Below the pieces are notes generated by a model. It was not told the DNA's origin and did not search any database. It saw only the letters and a program-made list of their open reading frames with translations. From Tetramitus jugosus (taxonomy: Eukaryota > Protista > Heterolobosea), in the NCBI GenBank assembly GCA_937625935.1, contig OW569345.1, positions 496,001-560,000 on the forward strand: 64,000 bases of DNA, given 5' to 3'. The position numbers and the translations under genes are program-made. The stretch's first letter is position 1; each line of letters opens with the position of its first letter. Positions 33,646-44,214 of this stretch are shown here, one piece after another.

Positions 33646-35160
33646 CTAGTCATCACCCAAGAATGCTTCGAACTCTTCATATCTCTCCTCCACGAATTTG
33701 CGCACAGCTGGATCATGGTTCAAGGAGACACATGTGAAACGCATGTTGACCTGTGTGACAGCCTCCTGGAATATAAATTCATCACTCACTCTGTGAACGG
33801 ACAATACACCGGCACTGCAAACAGACACCAGTGCAAACTCACCAATGTTCACAGCCTCACCGTCCAGAGCCTTTATTCTGCTCTTGTGTACATTGGCAAT
33901 CTCTCTTGATTGCTGTGTTTGAAGATTGATGATTTGAACTACTCCTTCGGCAGTACCGACAGCAATCACCTGTTCGGACAAGTACTTGAAGCATGTGAGA
34001 ATGGGCTTGGAAACCAACTTTTTCTTACTGCTGTCATCACCTCCTTGTTCTTCATTGACAAGTGGAACAGAGGCAACCAATTGGCAATCCTCCATTAAAA
34101 ACACATCAATCGAGTGTCTTTGCAACACTGCAAACGAGTCTCCACTTGGTGACCACTGAACATCATTAAATGTCTTCATTCCCAATGATATCGTCTGCAA
34201 CAATGTTCCATTCAACATGTTCCACAACCGCAATCGATGATCCGTCTCTCCCAACGTCATGACCAACTTTCCAGATGGATGAACAGCGAGTGCCTTGACA
34301 GAGTTGTTTGCGTGAGCTTCAATCTCCCAAATCTTTGGCCATGCAGTGCTCTGATAGTAGACTGACAGTGTGCCCTGTGAGCTTCCTACGAACAAAAAGT
34401 GATCAAACAGTGACATGCATGTGATGGAGCCTTGAGTGTGATGAATGACACCACTGTCTCTCCGCGTCTTCAAATTGTAAACAACCAAATTCTCATCGAA
34501 TCCTCCACTGACCATAAACTTGCCATTGCTGGTGACACAATTGATGGAACCAGTGTGAGGTTTCACTGCAAACGATGGTTTCAATACTTCTGTTTGACCG
34601 TTTTGGGACATTTGAATCGCTTGTTCATCACTGTCCAAATCATCATCAATCATTTGATCAATGTCATCCTTGTCTTCATCATCTTGTGCAGTTTCTTCTT
34701 CATTGTCTTCATTGTCTTCTTCATCTTCATCTTCTTCATCATCTTCTTCATTGTCTTCCTGTGCTGGTGATGATGGTGAATTTTCATCATTGCCATCTTC
34801 ATTGTTCTGTGCCTGAACAAAATTGTCAATAATGTGATCAAAGTCCAATCGAGTCTCCAACAAGTAATTCCATCCCAATAGATTGGAATTGTAGGTACCG
34901 GCAATCACAGTCAAATTCAATTGTTGCAATTGAACATTGTCTTGTTGATTGTCAGTCATCATTTCATCATCTTCGTCACTCGCAACATCCTCATCGTATG
35001 ACTCATAACCAGACTCTGTTTCAAATTGTTTGACTTGGTTGCTTTCACTGAATGAAACTTTTTTGTTATTGTTGTTGTTGTTTTGGGTGGATTCAGCTGC
35101 TTTTGTTGGAGCTTCTGATTTCGTAAGCTTTGTGGTTTTCTTTGCTTTGACTCTAGCCAT
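33646..35160 (-). CDS. WD40 60S biogenesis factor MAK11/PAK1IP1-like
   Basis: IAGTY..L.G, H.GSI..V...GKF..SGG.DE, LAVHPSGKL.MT, LRLWN; acidic insertion. Confidence 0.8.
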   Translation of the reverse strand: MARVKAKKTTKLTKSEAPTKAAESTQNNNNNNKKVSFSESNQVKQFETESGYESYDEDVASDEDDEMMTDNQQDNVQLQQLNLTVIAGTYNSNLLGWNYLLETRLDFDHIIDNFVQAQNNEDGNDENSPSSPAQEDNEEDDEEDEDEEDNEDNEEETAQDDEDKDDIDQMIDDDLDSDEQAIQMSQNGQTEVLKPSFAVKPHTGSINCVTSNGKFMVSGGFDENLVVYNLKTRRDSGVIHHTQGSITCMSLFDHFLFVGSSQGTLSVYYQSTAWPKIWEIEAHANNSVKALAVHPSGKLVMTLGETDHRLRLWNMLNGTLLQTISLGMKTFNDVQWSPSGDSFAVLQRHSIDVFLMEDCQLVASVPLVNEEQGGDDSSKKKLVSKPILTCFKYLSEQVIAVGTAEGVVQIINLQTQQSREIANVHKSRIKALDGEAVNIGEFALVSVCSAGVLSVHRVSDEFIFQEAVTQVNMRFTCVSLNHDPAVRKFVEERYEEFEAFLGDD

Positions 35161-35348
35161 GTTCACTCAGTTTTTTTTTTGATTGTGATATTGTGGTTGA
35201 TGCACGCGTGTGAATGGCTTTTGTTGTTGTGGATGTTGGCGGCGGCGGTGAGAGCGCAAAAAAATGTTTGCTTCAAGAAAATGATTGAAGAATTCAATGG
35301 TTTTGGTGAATTAAGAGAAGAGGCGGGAAAGACCACGATGCTATTGAA

Positions 35349-35915
35349 TTAGGAGTTCAGTGCTTCTTGGTCTGGTTTGTACATGGATGTGGTTTGGACA
35401 CCAAATTTGGAGAAGTTTCTCAGTAGAATGTTGAGATGGAGATGCACTGTGCCAACTGTCATGGTTGTGAGTTTCCGACGATTCTCTCCACTCCAGACAA
35501 GGCTTTCATCTTTGAGCTGAGATGTTCCTCCAAGAAACATCTCCATGATTCTGTCTTTTGTGGATCCCACAGGTCTCCATATCTCACACTTTAAGTCAAA
35601 TGTTCCTGTTTGTGTAGGTACGTTTACAATTCCATAACCAGCGAAATCATTCCGGGAGTATTCATCCTGGTACCACACTTGGAAAACAATCTTGGGCCAA
35701 CCGACACATACTGAAGTGGAATAGTGGAGATCAATGGGATGAGCCCAGACATTCATTTGATCTAGTCCACGAGAATCGACTTGGGTTTGACCTCTTTCTT
35801 GACCACTCACATGGATCCAGTGACGTCCTTTGTTAACTGAGAACATGCAAAACAGGTCATTTTGTGCGAAGTTGGTAGCTCCAACGAGCTCGCCGATGAT
35901 GTGGAGTTCTGCCAT
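35349..35915 (-). CDS. B9D2: B9 domain protein 2 (ciliary transition zone)
   Basis: MAELHIIGEL.GA, GQTQVD, WAHPIDLHY, GWPK..FQVW.QD, WRP.GS. Confidence 0.92.
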   Translation of the reverse strand: MAELHIIGELVGATNFAQNDLFCMFSVNKGRHWIHVSGQERGQTQVDSRGLDQMNVWAHPIDLHYSTSVCVGWPKIVFQVWYQDEYSRNDFAGYGIVNVPTQTGTFDLKCEIWRPVGSTKDRIMEMFLGGTSQLKDESLVWSGENRRKLTTMTVGTVHLHLNILLRNFSKFGVQTTSMYKPDQEALNS

Positions 35916-35966
35916 GTTATCGTTTGTTTCCGTAGTGGCATCAGCAACGCATAAAAGACAAAAGGT

Positions 35967-36039
35967 TGCCGAAAGCGTGGATCGAACACGCGACCTTAAG
36001 ATCTTCAGTCTCACGCTCTCCCAACTGAGCTATTTCGGC
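35967..36039 (-). tRNA. tRNA-Phe (GAA)
   Basis: GCCGAAATAGCTCAGTTGGGAGAGCGTGAGACTGAAGATCTTAAGGTCGCGTGTTCGATCCACGCTTTCGGCA, 73-nt cloverleaf, followed by TTTT. Confidence 0.97.
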
Positions 36040-36154
36040 TTCTTATTAAACCCCGATAAATATTACCCGCGTTTTTTGAAAATTGAAGTTTCAATTTCTA
36101 ATTTTAACTTGAAAGAAGATCGTGCATTCCGTTTTTGCCAAACAAATCATAATC

Positions 36155-37504
36155 ATGTCTCCTCTGATCATTATTCTCACTATTTTTTTATGCTTTCTCG
36201 GTGGTGTCGTGGCTGGTCTCTTCTACTTGGACAAGTCAAAGACCAAAACTGTTCAGATCAGCACTACTGAATCTTCTCAGAAAAATCAAGATAAGCTTCT
36301 CTCGGCAGAGTCTGCTGATGACAAGAAGAACCAAAAGATATCAAAGAAGTCTGCTGAAAAGAACAAAAAATCCATCACAGTGGAGTCACCCATCGCTGCA
36401 GATGAAGCTGTTACGCAAAACTCGAGTCTCTTGTCAACTTTAAAGGGAGGCAAGGACTCTCAGAGCGCTGGTCCTGTGTGTAGTGTGTCTGTCAGTTCAA
36501 AGTATATTGCTGTTGTCAGAAAGAATGACAATTATGTTCGATTGTGGAAGAGTGAAACAGTGTTTGAATCTGATAAGAGACACGTGATGATTCCGACTGG
36601 ATCATTGAGTGATCATGCCACATGTTGTGATATTTCACATGATGAAAAGTATTTGGTGTTTGGGTTGGATTATCCAAACACGATTGTGATTTATGACATC
36701 TCGAATGAAAAGTCACCAAAGAAGGTGTCAAAAGAAGTGGACGTGAAGGAAAAGAAACCTATTAAGCAAGTTCGATTTACCTCCGATGGAAAGTTTGTGT
36801 TGACCATCAGTGAGGGATCAGATGAGATTCTAGTCCGAAGAGTGCCAAGCTCAGAGATTGTTCATCGTTTCACCACATCTCACTTGCAGGTTTTCATGTT
36901 TGACATGAAGAATGTAGGAGATTCAATTGATTCTTCGAAGCAGGTGCTCTCTTGTGCTTCTTTCACCTCGATGCTCAAGATTTTCAACGCAAGAGTCGTT
37001 GGAGACAATTTTGAGATATCAAAGGAGTTTACAGAGTTGAAGGGACATTCTTCGAGTATTCTCAGTGTCAGTTTTCATCCATCCGAACAACAAATTGCCA
37101 CTGTCTCTCAAGATGGTACTTTAAAGATATTTACAACAATGTCCATGAAAGATAGAGTAGAGCTGCACCGTACTTCCAAGGCCAAGGTAAATGTAGATGA
37201 CGTCATTTTGTTTGATCGGCCAGTACCAAAGATTGTGAATGCTGTTGAAAGCGTGAGAGATCAAACTCAATTCGTTTGGGTCAAGTTTGTCTCCGATAAG
37301 CTACTAGCAGCATTGTGTGAGAATAGAAGAGCGATTGTATTCATGAAGCCCGATATCAAAGCAAAGAAACTATCAGATGTGAGAGTCATTGATCACCTGA
37401 CATCCACTAACTCGAGCATTACCAGTATTGCAGCCTGGAAGGGCCAATACATTGTAACTGGAGATTCTCAAGGTATTGTTAGAATCTGGAAGGCTGACCA
37501 ATAA
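36155..37504 (+). CDS. membrane-anchored WD40 protein, TBL2-like
   Basis: N-terminal TM, Lys-rich linker, WD repeats (LKGHSSSILSVSF...ATVSQDGTLKIF; VTGDSQGIVRIW). Confidence 0.65.
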   Translation: MSPLIIILTIFLCFLGGVVAGLFYLDKSKTKTVQISTTESSQKNQDKLLSAESADDKKNQKISKKSAEKNKKSITVESPIAADEAVTQNSSLLSTLKGGKDSQSAGPVCSVSVSSKYIAVVRKNDNYVRLWKSETVFESDKRHVMIPTGSLSDHATCCDISHDEKYLVFGLDYPNTIVIYDISNEKSPKKVSKEVDVKEKKPIKQVRFTSDGKFVLTISEGSDEILVRRVPSSEIVHRFTTSHLQVFMFDMKNVGDSIDSSKQVLSCASFTSMLKIFNARVVGDNFEISKEFTELKGHSSSILSVSFHPSEQQIATVSQDGTLKIFTTMSMKDRVELHRTSKAKVNVDDVILFDRPVPKIVNAVESVRDQTQFVWVKFVSDKLLAALCENRRAIVFMKPDIKAKKLSDVRVIDHLTSTNSSITSIAAWKGQYIVTGDSQGIVRIWKADQ

Positions 37505-37913
37505 ATCCATTAGACCCTTTTCTCCGATTTTCTTTTTCTCCTCCAATCTTGTAATGCGTCATTCACACACTCGTTCGACAGCCGACCGAGAGATTCCCCT
37601 CTCTGCGAGCACACAACAAAAAGGTCCATTATTTCTCTCTCGCAGGTGCGCATAACAACCATACCAAAAAGTTCGCTCTCTTCTCTGCTCACCGTCAATT
37701 CACCCTTGACACCCATTCTCTCCGAAACTCTTTACGCACAAACAACACCGAGAACTCTCTCTCTCAGACAAACTAGAGCGAAAACGAATTTTTTGGAAGC
37801 TTTTCAACCCACAAAACGCGTATTTTGAACAACAGGCGCATACTATCATACGAGCATACAAGCAATAGTTGACTCCTCACACACACAATAGTTGTGAAAC
37901 AACAGCGACAATC

Positions 37914-40667
37914 ATGACCATCTCCAAACAACAACAATCAAGGACGAATGGCCACAATGGCCATCATCAATACAACAAAAGCCCTGCTCAGAGGCGACAG
38001 AGTGGTGGAGGCGCCAAAACACAACAACAACACTATCAAAAAAATCAACAACAACAACAACGATTCTCCTCCAAATCACCATCATCATCATCATCATTCC
38101 ATCGTCAACAACGACCTGATCGTTCCTCTATTGATCCATCTGACCGCAGAGAGTCAAGAGCTCTCAATAGACTCAAAAAGAAGCAAAACAAGTATGGTCA
38201 GAGCAATGGTGGAGGTGCTCTGTTTGAGATGGATGAGAGGCAGGACCCTAGGAAATTTCCATCTCATTTGTTTGAAGACCCACAACAAGTGGCCATGAGA
38301 ACAGCCACAATGATGAATGACGAGACTAGAAAAAAGATGAGAAGAACACATGCGGATGTGCTCATGCTCAAAAAAAGGAAAAGGCCGACAGGTGAGAATG
38401 GTGAAAATGGTGCTGAAAATGGCGACGAGGATGAATTGGCATCATCATCATCATCGGATGAAGAAGAAGAGTACAATTGTGATATCGATACGGAAAACAA
38501 GAATATTGATGCATTGTTGAGAGCGAGCAGAGATTTGTTGCCGAGAAGAATCGAGTTCCGAGAATCGTCGAAAAAGGACTCTTATCAAGCAGAGTTGAAG
38601 AGTATGAAACCGTTGAATGGTGATCGATCCAGTGCCACACTGTTTGAGATGCCTGTCGATGACACAACAAGGGGCAATGAATCTGAACAAGAAGCAGAAG
38701 AACAGGGAACAGATGTTTCAACAACAACTAACACAAAAACTAATGCAGCAACGGCAACACCGAACAAGTCAACGACGAGTAAGAAGGCTGGAGAAAACAA
38801 GACACCAAATTCTGCAAAGAAACAGCAACCACAGAACATTACAGTGCAAACAACATCGACAAACACTGCGCCAAAAGCAAATGACTCTGATGACTCTGAT
38901 ATTGAGAACAATACACCGCTGCCAAAGCCAAGCACTACTCTCTATCCAAGACACAAACTCTTGACAATGCTCAAGTGGAAGAATGTAGGAAAGGTTGGAC
39001 CAGGATTCGACAATTTGGGAAACACTTGCTTTATGAATGCTGCTCTCCAGTGTCTCGTCTACACACCATGCCTATTTAATTATTTATTAGCGAGAAGGAA
39101 TGCTGCTGGTGCAGGTTCTGCATCACCTGGTGGTAATGGACAACCGTTTGTAGCACTGGACGCAATGACAAACCTCGTTCGCCAGATCTCAGAATCCAAA
39201 TCCTCTTCCATCTCTCCCAGAGCGTTTGCGATGAATTTGAGAGCCATCCAAAAACAATTCAGACTCGGTAGACAAGAGGACTCGCACGAGTTTATCATTA
39301 ATCTTATTGATAAGATGGAGGATTGCATACTCAAGGGATACAAGAACAAGTTAGACAAACTAGTGAAGGAAACCAATGCAGTTCATCAGATCTTTGGTGG
39401 ATATTTGCGAAGTCAAATCCGGAGTTTGGAATCAAATTATATTTCAAACACCTATGATCCGTTTGTTGATTTGAGTCTGCAGCTCAATCAAGTCAGCTCT
39501 GTTGAGAAGGCATTGAATCAATTTGTGGCAGCCGATACGCTCGATGGTGATAACAAGTACAAGTGTCCTCTGACGAAAAAGTACGTCAAGGCCACGAAGC
39601 GCATGTCCATTCACGAGGCTCCACCAGTGCTGATTATGCAATTGAAGAGATTCAATATATTCGGACGAAAGATTAGCAAACATGTGACCTATGGCGAAGT
39701 ATTGAACTTGGCCCCATTCATGAGCGATAAGACTGAGCCAGTCAACTATCATCTGCATGGTGTTCTCGTGCACGCTGGTGGATCCTGTAACTCTGGTCAC
39801 TACTACTCATATGTCAAGGCATCCAACGGTGTTTGGTATGAGATGGACGACAGTAGCAGAAGACAAGTCAGTGTGTCAACTGCATTGAAACAACAAGCAT
39901 ACATTCTGTTCTACTCAAGAGACTACTCAAAGGATCAAGCAGCATCTCTGGTCAGAGAATTCGAGGATGGCCAAAGTTCAGAAGACGATGTCCCTAGTAC
40001 ACCAGTCCCTGCAAAAGCACCTCAAATCCCTACTACGCCAGTTGCTAACAGTCCTGCAGTTTTGAAAGAGAGCACAGTCAAGACACCAAAGTCAAAGGGC
40101 AAGAAGGCGAAGTCAGCTAATCCCCCAACTCCGCAATCACAGCCTCCAGTGCAACCAAAGCAAACCCCAGAGGTGAAATCCACACCTTCAAAGGACACCA
40201 TGCCTCCTCCATCTCCAGTCAACAGTGCTGTTGACACGGAGAAGAGTAGTGCATCTCCAAGTCCTTGTCTCCTCACAAAGAAGAAGTTGCTGAAGATGCA
40301 GCAGAATGCTCTTGCTCGGTCACCAGTATCTCCATTGTCTGATAAGCCTGTGCAGCCAAAGATTGCATTCGATCCAACACACTTCAACAAGATGGTCTCT
40401 ACATCCAACTATGGAGAGGAAGTGGAAACATGGTCTAATCAGGCACCAGCCGCACCTAAACTCGTTCCCGTCAAGCCAGCTCAAACCTCTGCAAAGAAGA
40501 GAGCCAGAGATGACTGGGACAGAATTCTTGATGCTGGTAAGATGAAGAGAGTGAAGCGAAGAAAGCAAGCTGACACAGCACAAGATGTCGCCAGAAACAA
40601 TGCTGCATTCCAACAGCTCCAGAATAAGAAGTATGAACAAGAAAGAAACAACAAACTCCAACAATAA
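37914..40667 (+). CDS. ubiquitin-specific protease, USP36/USP42-like
   Basis: Cys box GFDNLGNTCFMNAALQCL, GRQEDSHEF, His box VHAG....GHYY, C-terminal RDDWDR.LD.GK.KRVK. Confidence 0.85.
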   Translation: MTISKQQQSRTNGHNGHHQYNKSPAQRRQSGGGAKTQQQHYQKNQQQQQRFSSKSPSSSSSFHRQQRPDRSSIDPSDRRESRALNRLKKKQNKYGQSNGGGALFEMDERQDPRKFPSHLFEDPQQVAMRTATMMNDETRKKMRRTHADVLMLKKRKRPTGENGENGAENGDEDELASSSSSDEEEEYNCDIDTENKNIDALLRASRDLLPRRIEFRESSKKDSYQAELKSMKPLNGDRSSATLFEMPVDDTTRGNESEQEAEEQGTDVSTTTNTKTNAATATPNKSTTSKKAGENKTPNSAKKQQPQNITVQTTSTNTAPKANDSDDSDIENNTPLPKPSTTLYPRHKLLTMLKWKNVGKVGPGFDNLGNTCFMNAALQCLVYTPCLFNYLLARRNAAGAGSASPGGNGQPFVALDAMTNLVRQISESKSSSISPRAFAMNLRAIQKQFRLGRQEDSHEFIINLIDKMEDCILKGYKNKLDKLVKETNAVHQIFGGYLRSQIRSLESNYISNTYDPFVDLSLQLNQVSSVEKALNQFVAADTLDGDNKYKCPLTKKYVKATKRMSIHEAPPVLIMQLKRFNIFGRKISKHVTYGEVLNLAPFMSDKTEPVNYHLHGVLVHAGGSCNSGHYYSYVKASNGVWYEMDDSSRRQVSVSTALKQQAYILFYSRDYSKDQAASLVREFEDGQSSEDDVPSTPVPAKAPQIPTTPVANSPAVLKESTVKTPKSKGKKAKSANPPTPQSQPPVQPKQTPEVKSTPSKDTMPPPSPVNSAVDTEKSSASPSPCLLTKKKLLKMQQNALARSPVSPLSDKPVQPKIAFDPTHFNKMVSTSNYGEEVETWSNQAPAAPKLVPVKPAQTSAKKRARDDWDRILDAGKMKRVKRRKQADTAQDVARNNAAFQQLQNKKYEQERNNKLQQ

Positions 40668-40688
40668 ATTTTCTGATCTTTACAACAC

Positions 40689-42188
40689 TTATTCGCGCTG
40701 TCTCTTCCTAGATTGTTCATTTGATTGATCTGCTGCGGTGGATTGTATCTCTTCATAAGCAATCGTTCTCCGGTTCACGCCTCTGAAACCATCGGCTGTG
40801 ATGGCAAACTTTGCTCGGCTAGGTTCAGAATGAAGTGACTTGTTGATCCGAAAGTATCTCTCACCTCGATCAAACTCCAAAAAGAAGTGATTATTGCACG
40901 CATTACTCCAGGTCATACCTAGCGCTGGGGCCAAATGAGAATGACTCGAATCGTTCTTATCAATCTTTGTTGTCACCTGATTCAGATACACGACTGCAAT
41001 GTCATTATCATTGGCAATCTGTGACATTTTCTGACCCATTGCCTGCAACAGCCTACTTCTCTGGAATGTGTCACCAAATCCGGCTTGATCATGCCTGAAA
41101 TGAAACGTAATCGAATCAAAAATAATGAGTTTGATATTGTTCTGCTTGACATACGAGTCCAATATCTGAACAAACGCCAACTGTTCCAACAAATTAAACA
41201 ATCGATAGTATCGAACACGTTGCATGACTCCATCGACAGTCATTGCCTCAATCGCCGCAATTCGCTTCTCAATCATCTCTCTCTGTTTCTTCAGTTCTTC
41301 GTCCTCTTCTCCTGTTTCTCCATCACCACCGCCACCACCACTACTAGTACTGCTCAATGAAGACAATGATGCCACAAGTGCATTCTTCATTCGATGAATG
41401 TGCTTTACAAATGCAATGGCAATCTGTTCCAATCTCTCTGTCATAAACGACCCTTCCGTATCAATATACAAGCACTCTCCTTCGCATCCATCCATGGCAC
41501 TTGGCAATTGAACATTAACTGCCAATTGGAGAGCCAGTTGAGTTTTTCCGACGCCTGGAACACCACAGATTTCACTGGTTCGACCCATTGGAATACCACC
41601 GTGCAACAAATCATCGACTTCTTTGCAGAATGTGATGATGGATTTGCGGTCTCTGTGTTGTTGAAGTGATTCGAATGCTGATTTGGTTCGGACTGTTGAG
41701 GTTGTTGTTGAGGTTGTATTGTTATTGTTGTTATTAGTGGTTGGTGTTGATATGGTTGGAGTGGTACTTGAAGTGGTGGTTGGATTGTTGTTGTTGTTGT
41801 TGTGAGTGGTGGAAATGTTGAATTGTTGTTGTTGTTGTTGTTTCTGTTGTTGTTGTTTGATAAAGAATTGATTTCGTAGTGATTGAACACCCATTTTGAC
41901 TTGTCTGATAATGTGAAGAGCATCCTTGTTTGTCAGATTGCACTCTTTGGCCAGTGTAACTGCTGTTTGATTCTGAAAGTCATCAACAGTTTTGTATCCT
42001 GCATCGATCAATCGTTTCATATTGGATGGACTCGTGTCCAGTAGTTGAATGTGTGATTGAGCATATCCATTGTTGTTGTTATTATTGCCGTTGTTGTTGT
42101 TGTTGTTTGTATTGTTGTCATTATTATTGTTATTCTCAAATGGATCATCATCCAGATAGCCATCAAATTCCTCATTGTACTGATTCAT
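40689..42188 (-). CDS. RAD51C: RAD51 paralog C
   Basis: IITFC..VDDLL.GGIP...SEICGVPGVGKTQ..LQLAVNVQLP, YIDTEGSF..ERL, DSITFHFRHD, PALG.TW. Confidence 0.88.
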   Translation of the reverse strand: MNQYNEEFDGYLDDDPFENNNNNDNNTNNNNNNGNNNNNNGYAQSHIQLLDTSPSNMKRLIDAGYKTVDDFQNQTAVTLAKECNLTNKDALHIIRQVKMGVQSLRNQFFIKQQQQKQQQQQQFNISTTHNNNNNNPTTTSSTTPTISTPTTNNNNNNTTSTTTSTVRTKSAFESLQQHRDRKSIITFCKEVDDLLHGGIPMGRTSEICGVPGVGKTQLALQLAVNVQLPSAMDGCEGECLYIDTEGSFMTERLEQIAIAFVKHIHRMKNALVASLSSLSSTSSGGGGGDGETGEEDEELKKQREMIEKRIAAIEAMTVDGVMQRVRYYRLFNLLEQLAFVQILDSYVKQNNIKLIIFDSITFHFRHDQAGFGDTFQRSRLLQAMGQKMSQIANDNDIAVVYLNQVTTKIDKNDSSHSHLAPALGMTWSNACNNHFFLEFDRGERYFRINKSLHSEPSRAKFAITADGFRGVNRRTIAYEEIQSTAADQSNEQSRKRQRE

Positions 42189-42387
42189 GTTTGCTTGTGT
42201 TTTGTTTTGGTTTCAATCAAGCTTGATTTTGCCAAGTGTAGTTTTCTTGCTTCGTGAACTTCGATTTTTTAGCGGAATGAATTCCAAATAATGATGGAAA
42301 AAGGCGCCAAAATTTTGCGATAAGAAAGATCAAAGGAAATTTCAGAATATTGTGTGATCAGTGTTAAGTGAACAATGAGCAGCAAAT

Positions 42388-43059
42388 TTATTCGGCGTGC
42401 AAAGTTGGCAAGAATTGGTCTTCCTTTGGCTCCAAAACGGTAACCAAGTCAGGTTGTGGCTTAGATGGACCAGTGACACCAGTAGCATCCCATGGCAACA
42501 TGATCTTGACCTTGATACCCAAAACACCTTGCTTCATGTAGACGTGTCTGATAGCGGTATCCATGTAGTCTCTGGTTGGTTGACCAGTCTTGATCATGTA
42601 ACCCTCCTTGAATTTCATGGACTTAGCTCTTTGAGCTCTGAGCTTACCGGAAACGATGACTTCGCAACCCTTAGCATTAGCTTCCATAACGCCCTTCAAG
42701 ACGCTGTAGCAAGCTCTTCTGACTGGCAAACCAGCCAACAACTTGTATCTCAAAGCTTCAGCTTGAGCAATAGCGGAGAGACCCTTGTTCTTAACTCTTT
42801 CAGCATACAATTCAACATTGTTTTGGGTGTTGAATCTCTTTTGGATGACGGAGGTCAACTCTCTGATTCTCTTTCCCTTGTCTCCCAAAACACTTTGTGG
42901 TCTGGTGGCACGGATGATGATTTCAGTGATGGTTGGGGTGATTCTCAATTCGACACCAGAGTATCCATCCTCAGAAAGTTCACGCTTCAAAAATTCGTTC
43001 AATTCAGCGTAGAAAACTCCGTGTGCTACAAACTTTCTCTTCTTGCTCAAGTTGCTCAT
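42388..43059 (-). CDS. RPS3: 40S ribosomal protein S3 (uS3), intronless
   Basis: [45 protein letters not shown]. Confidence 0.97.
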   Translation of the reverse strand: MSNLSKKRKFVAHGVFYAELNEFLKRELSEDGYSGVELRITPTITEIIIRATRPQSVLGDKGKRIRELTSVIQKRFNTQNNVELYAERVKNKGLSAIAQAEALRYKLLAGLPVRRACYSVLKGVMEANAKGCEVIVSGKLRAQRAKSMKFKEGYMIKTGQPTRDYMDTAIRHVYMKQGVLGIKVKIMLPWDATGVTGPSKPQPDLVTVLEPKEDQFLPTLHAE

Positions 43060-43262
43060 TATTAGACTTATTACTTTGTGACTTGTGTAATGATTTGTTT
43101 TTTGTTTTTTTCGAATTTTTTCGATATTGGCGATTTCTTGGTTGACCAACCATACTTCAATCGAACTATTGAAGTTTCACTAAAACATTTTTCCTCGTTT
43201 ACACGCAAAATTGCGCCCATTCATCCACCTATTTGACAATCCATACAGACCATTGAGCAAAA

Positions 43263-43668
43263 ATGTCGTCCATGAGACCAATTCTACAAATGATGTGCAG
43301 AGGTGGTAAGGAACCTAACACCTTGAGAGCACCAAAGAAGATGATGGGTCGCTATACAAAGAGAGGTTTCTTCGTGTTTGATAAGACAAAGATTCCACGT
43401 TATGTTCGGCCAAACATGGAAGGATTCAAGGTATGATTGATGATTATTAGAGTTGATGCAATCAATGTCAATTGAATAGTATTTTGCTTTTTTCATTTTT
43501 TTCATGCCAAGAGCTAACCACCAACAAAACTCGTTGCATACATTTGTGATATCGCAATTACGCTCGCTACAGCTTGGTCCTTATGTCTCGCATCAAGTCG
43601 AAAAATTACCGCAAGAAGAACATCCATACATAACAATCGCAGAACAAAACGCTGAAGTTTCCAAATAA
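43263..43668 (+). CDS. MRPL41: mitochondrial ribosomal protein mL41, 2 exons (absent from ORF track)
   Basis: 142-nt intron 43431-43572 (GTATGA...GCTAAC...CAG) gives ...MGRYTKRGFFVFDKTKIPRYVRPNMEGFKLGPYVSH..., matching the mL41 core. Confidence 0.8.
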
Positions 43669-44214
43669 TCAACGGCCATTTTTATTTTAATTAAAAAACG
43701 ACAATCAAAAGTATACAGGTATTGAAGTCATATTGTTGTTGAATGTTGAATGTTTGATACTTGTTATCTTTGATCAATGTTATGGAATCCATACTATGAA
43801 TGATGACGTGGATTTGTGATCATTGATTGAATGAGATGAGAGTGAATGATTGAAAACGTGAAATGTGAGAAATGGGCTATTTGTTAGCGTTGATTGATTT
43901 CATGCATTCTTAGTTTGTGATGAATTGCATCCACTTTGAACGACTTTCGTGCATTCTCTCGAGAACATTGGCGCTGCTCTCTTTCCTTGTGTAGCTCGAT
44001 TTGGATTTTCATCTCTTTTGAACTATCTTCGCTCGATGCTTGTTTCATGCTGTGCCATGAATCAGCTCACGAAATGCCATTTTCTTCTTTTTCACATGCG
44101 AAACCAGTTTCTTCGCTCAATATTTTTCTCCGCGTACAGTTACAGAAATTTAGGTCATTCTTTAGAAAATTAGTTCAACGGTTTTGTCATTCCTTAGAAA
44201 ACAGAGCAAAATCA

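Noticed and set aside
35916-36014. N-terminal extensions in the ORF track (B9D2, KDSR, RPS3, WD40, D-LDH)
   Set aside because: They mostly rely on bacterial-style GTG/TTG starts or run through a tRNA or promoter; homology begins at downstream ATGs.
41690-42140. (GTT)n/(CAT)n arrays here and in other genes as repeat arrays or CRISPR
   Set aside because: Coding microsatellites for poly-N/Q/T/D tracts; no repeat-spacer periodicity.
43730-43930. TGATGA-containing stretch (also 29311 and 59916) as C/D snoRNAs
   Set aside because: No suitably spaced CTGA box or rRNA guide; low-complexity TGA-rich sequence.
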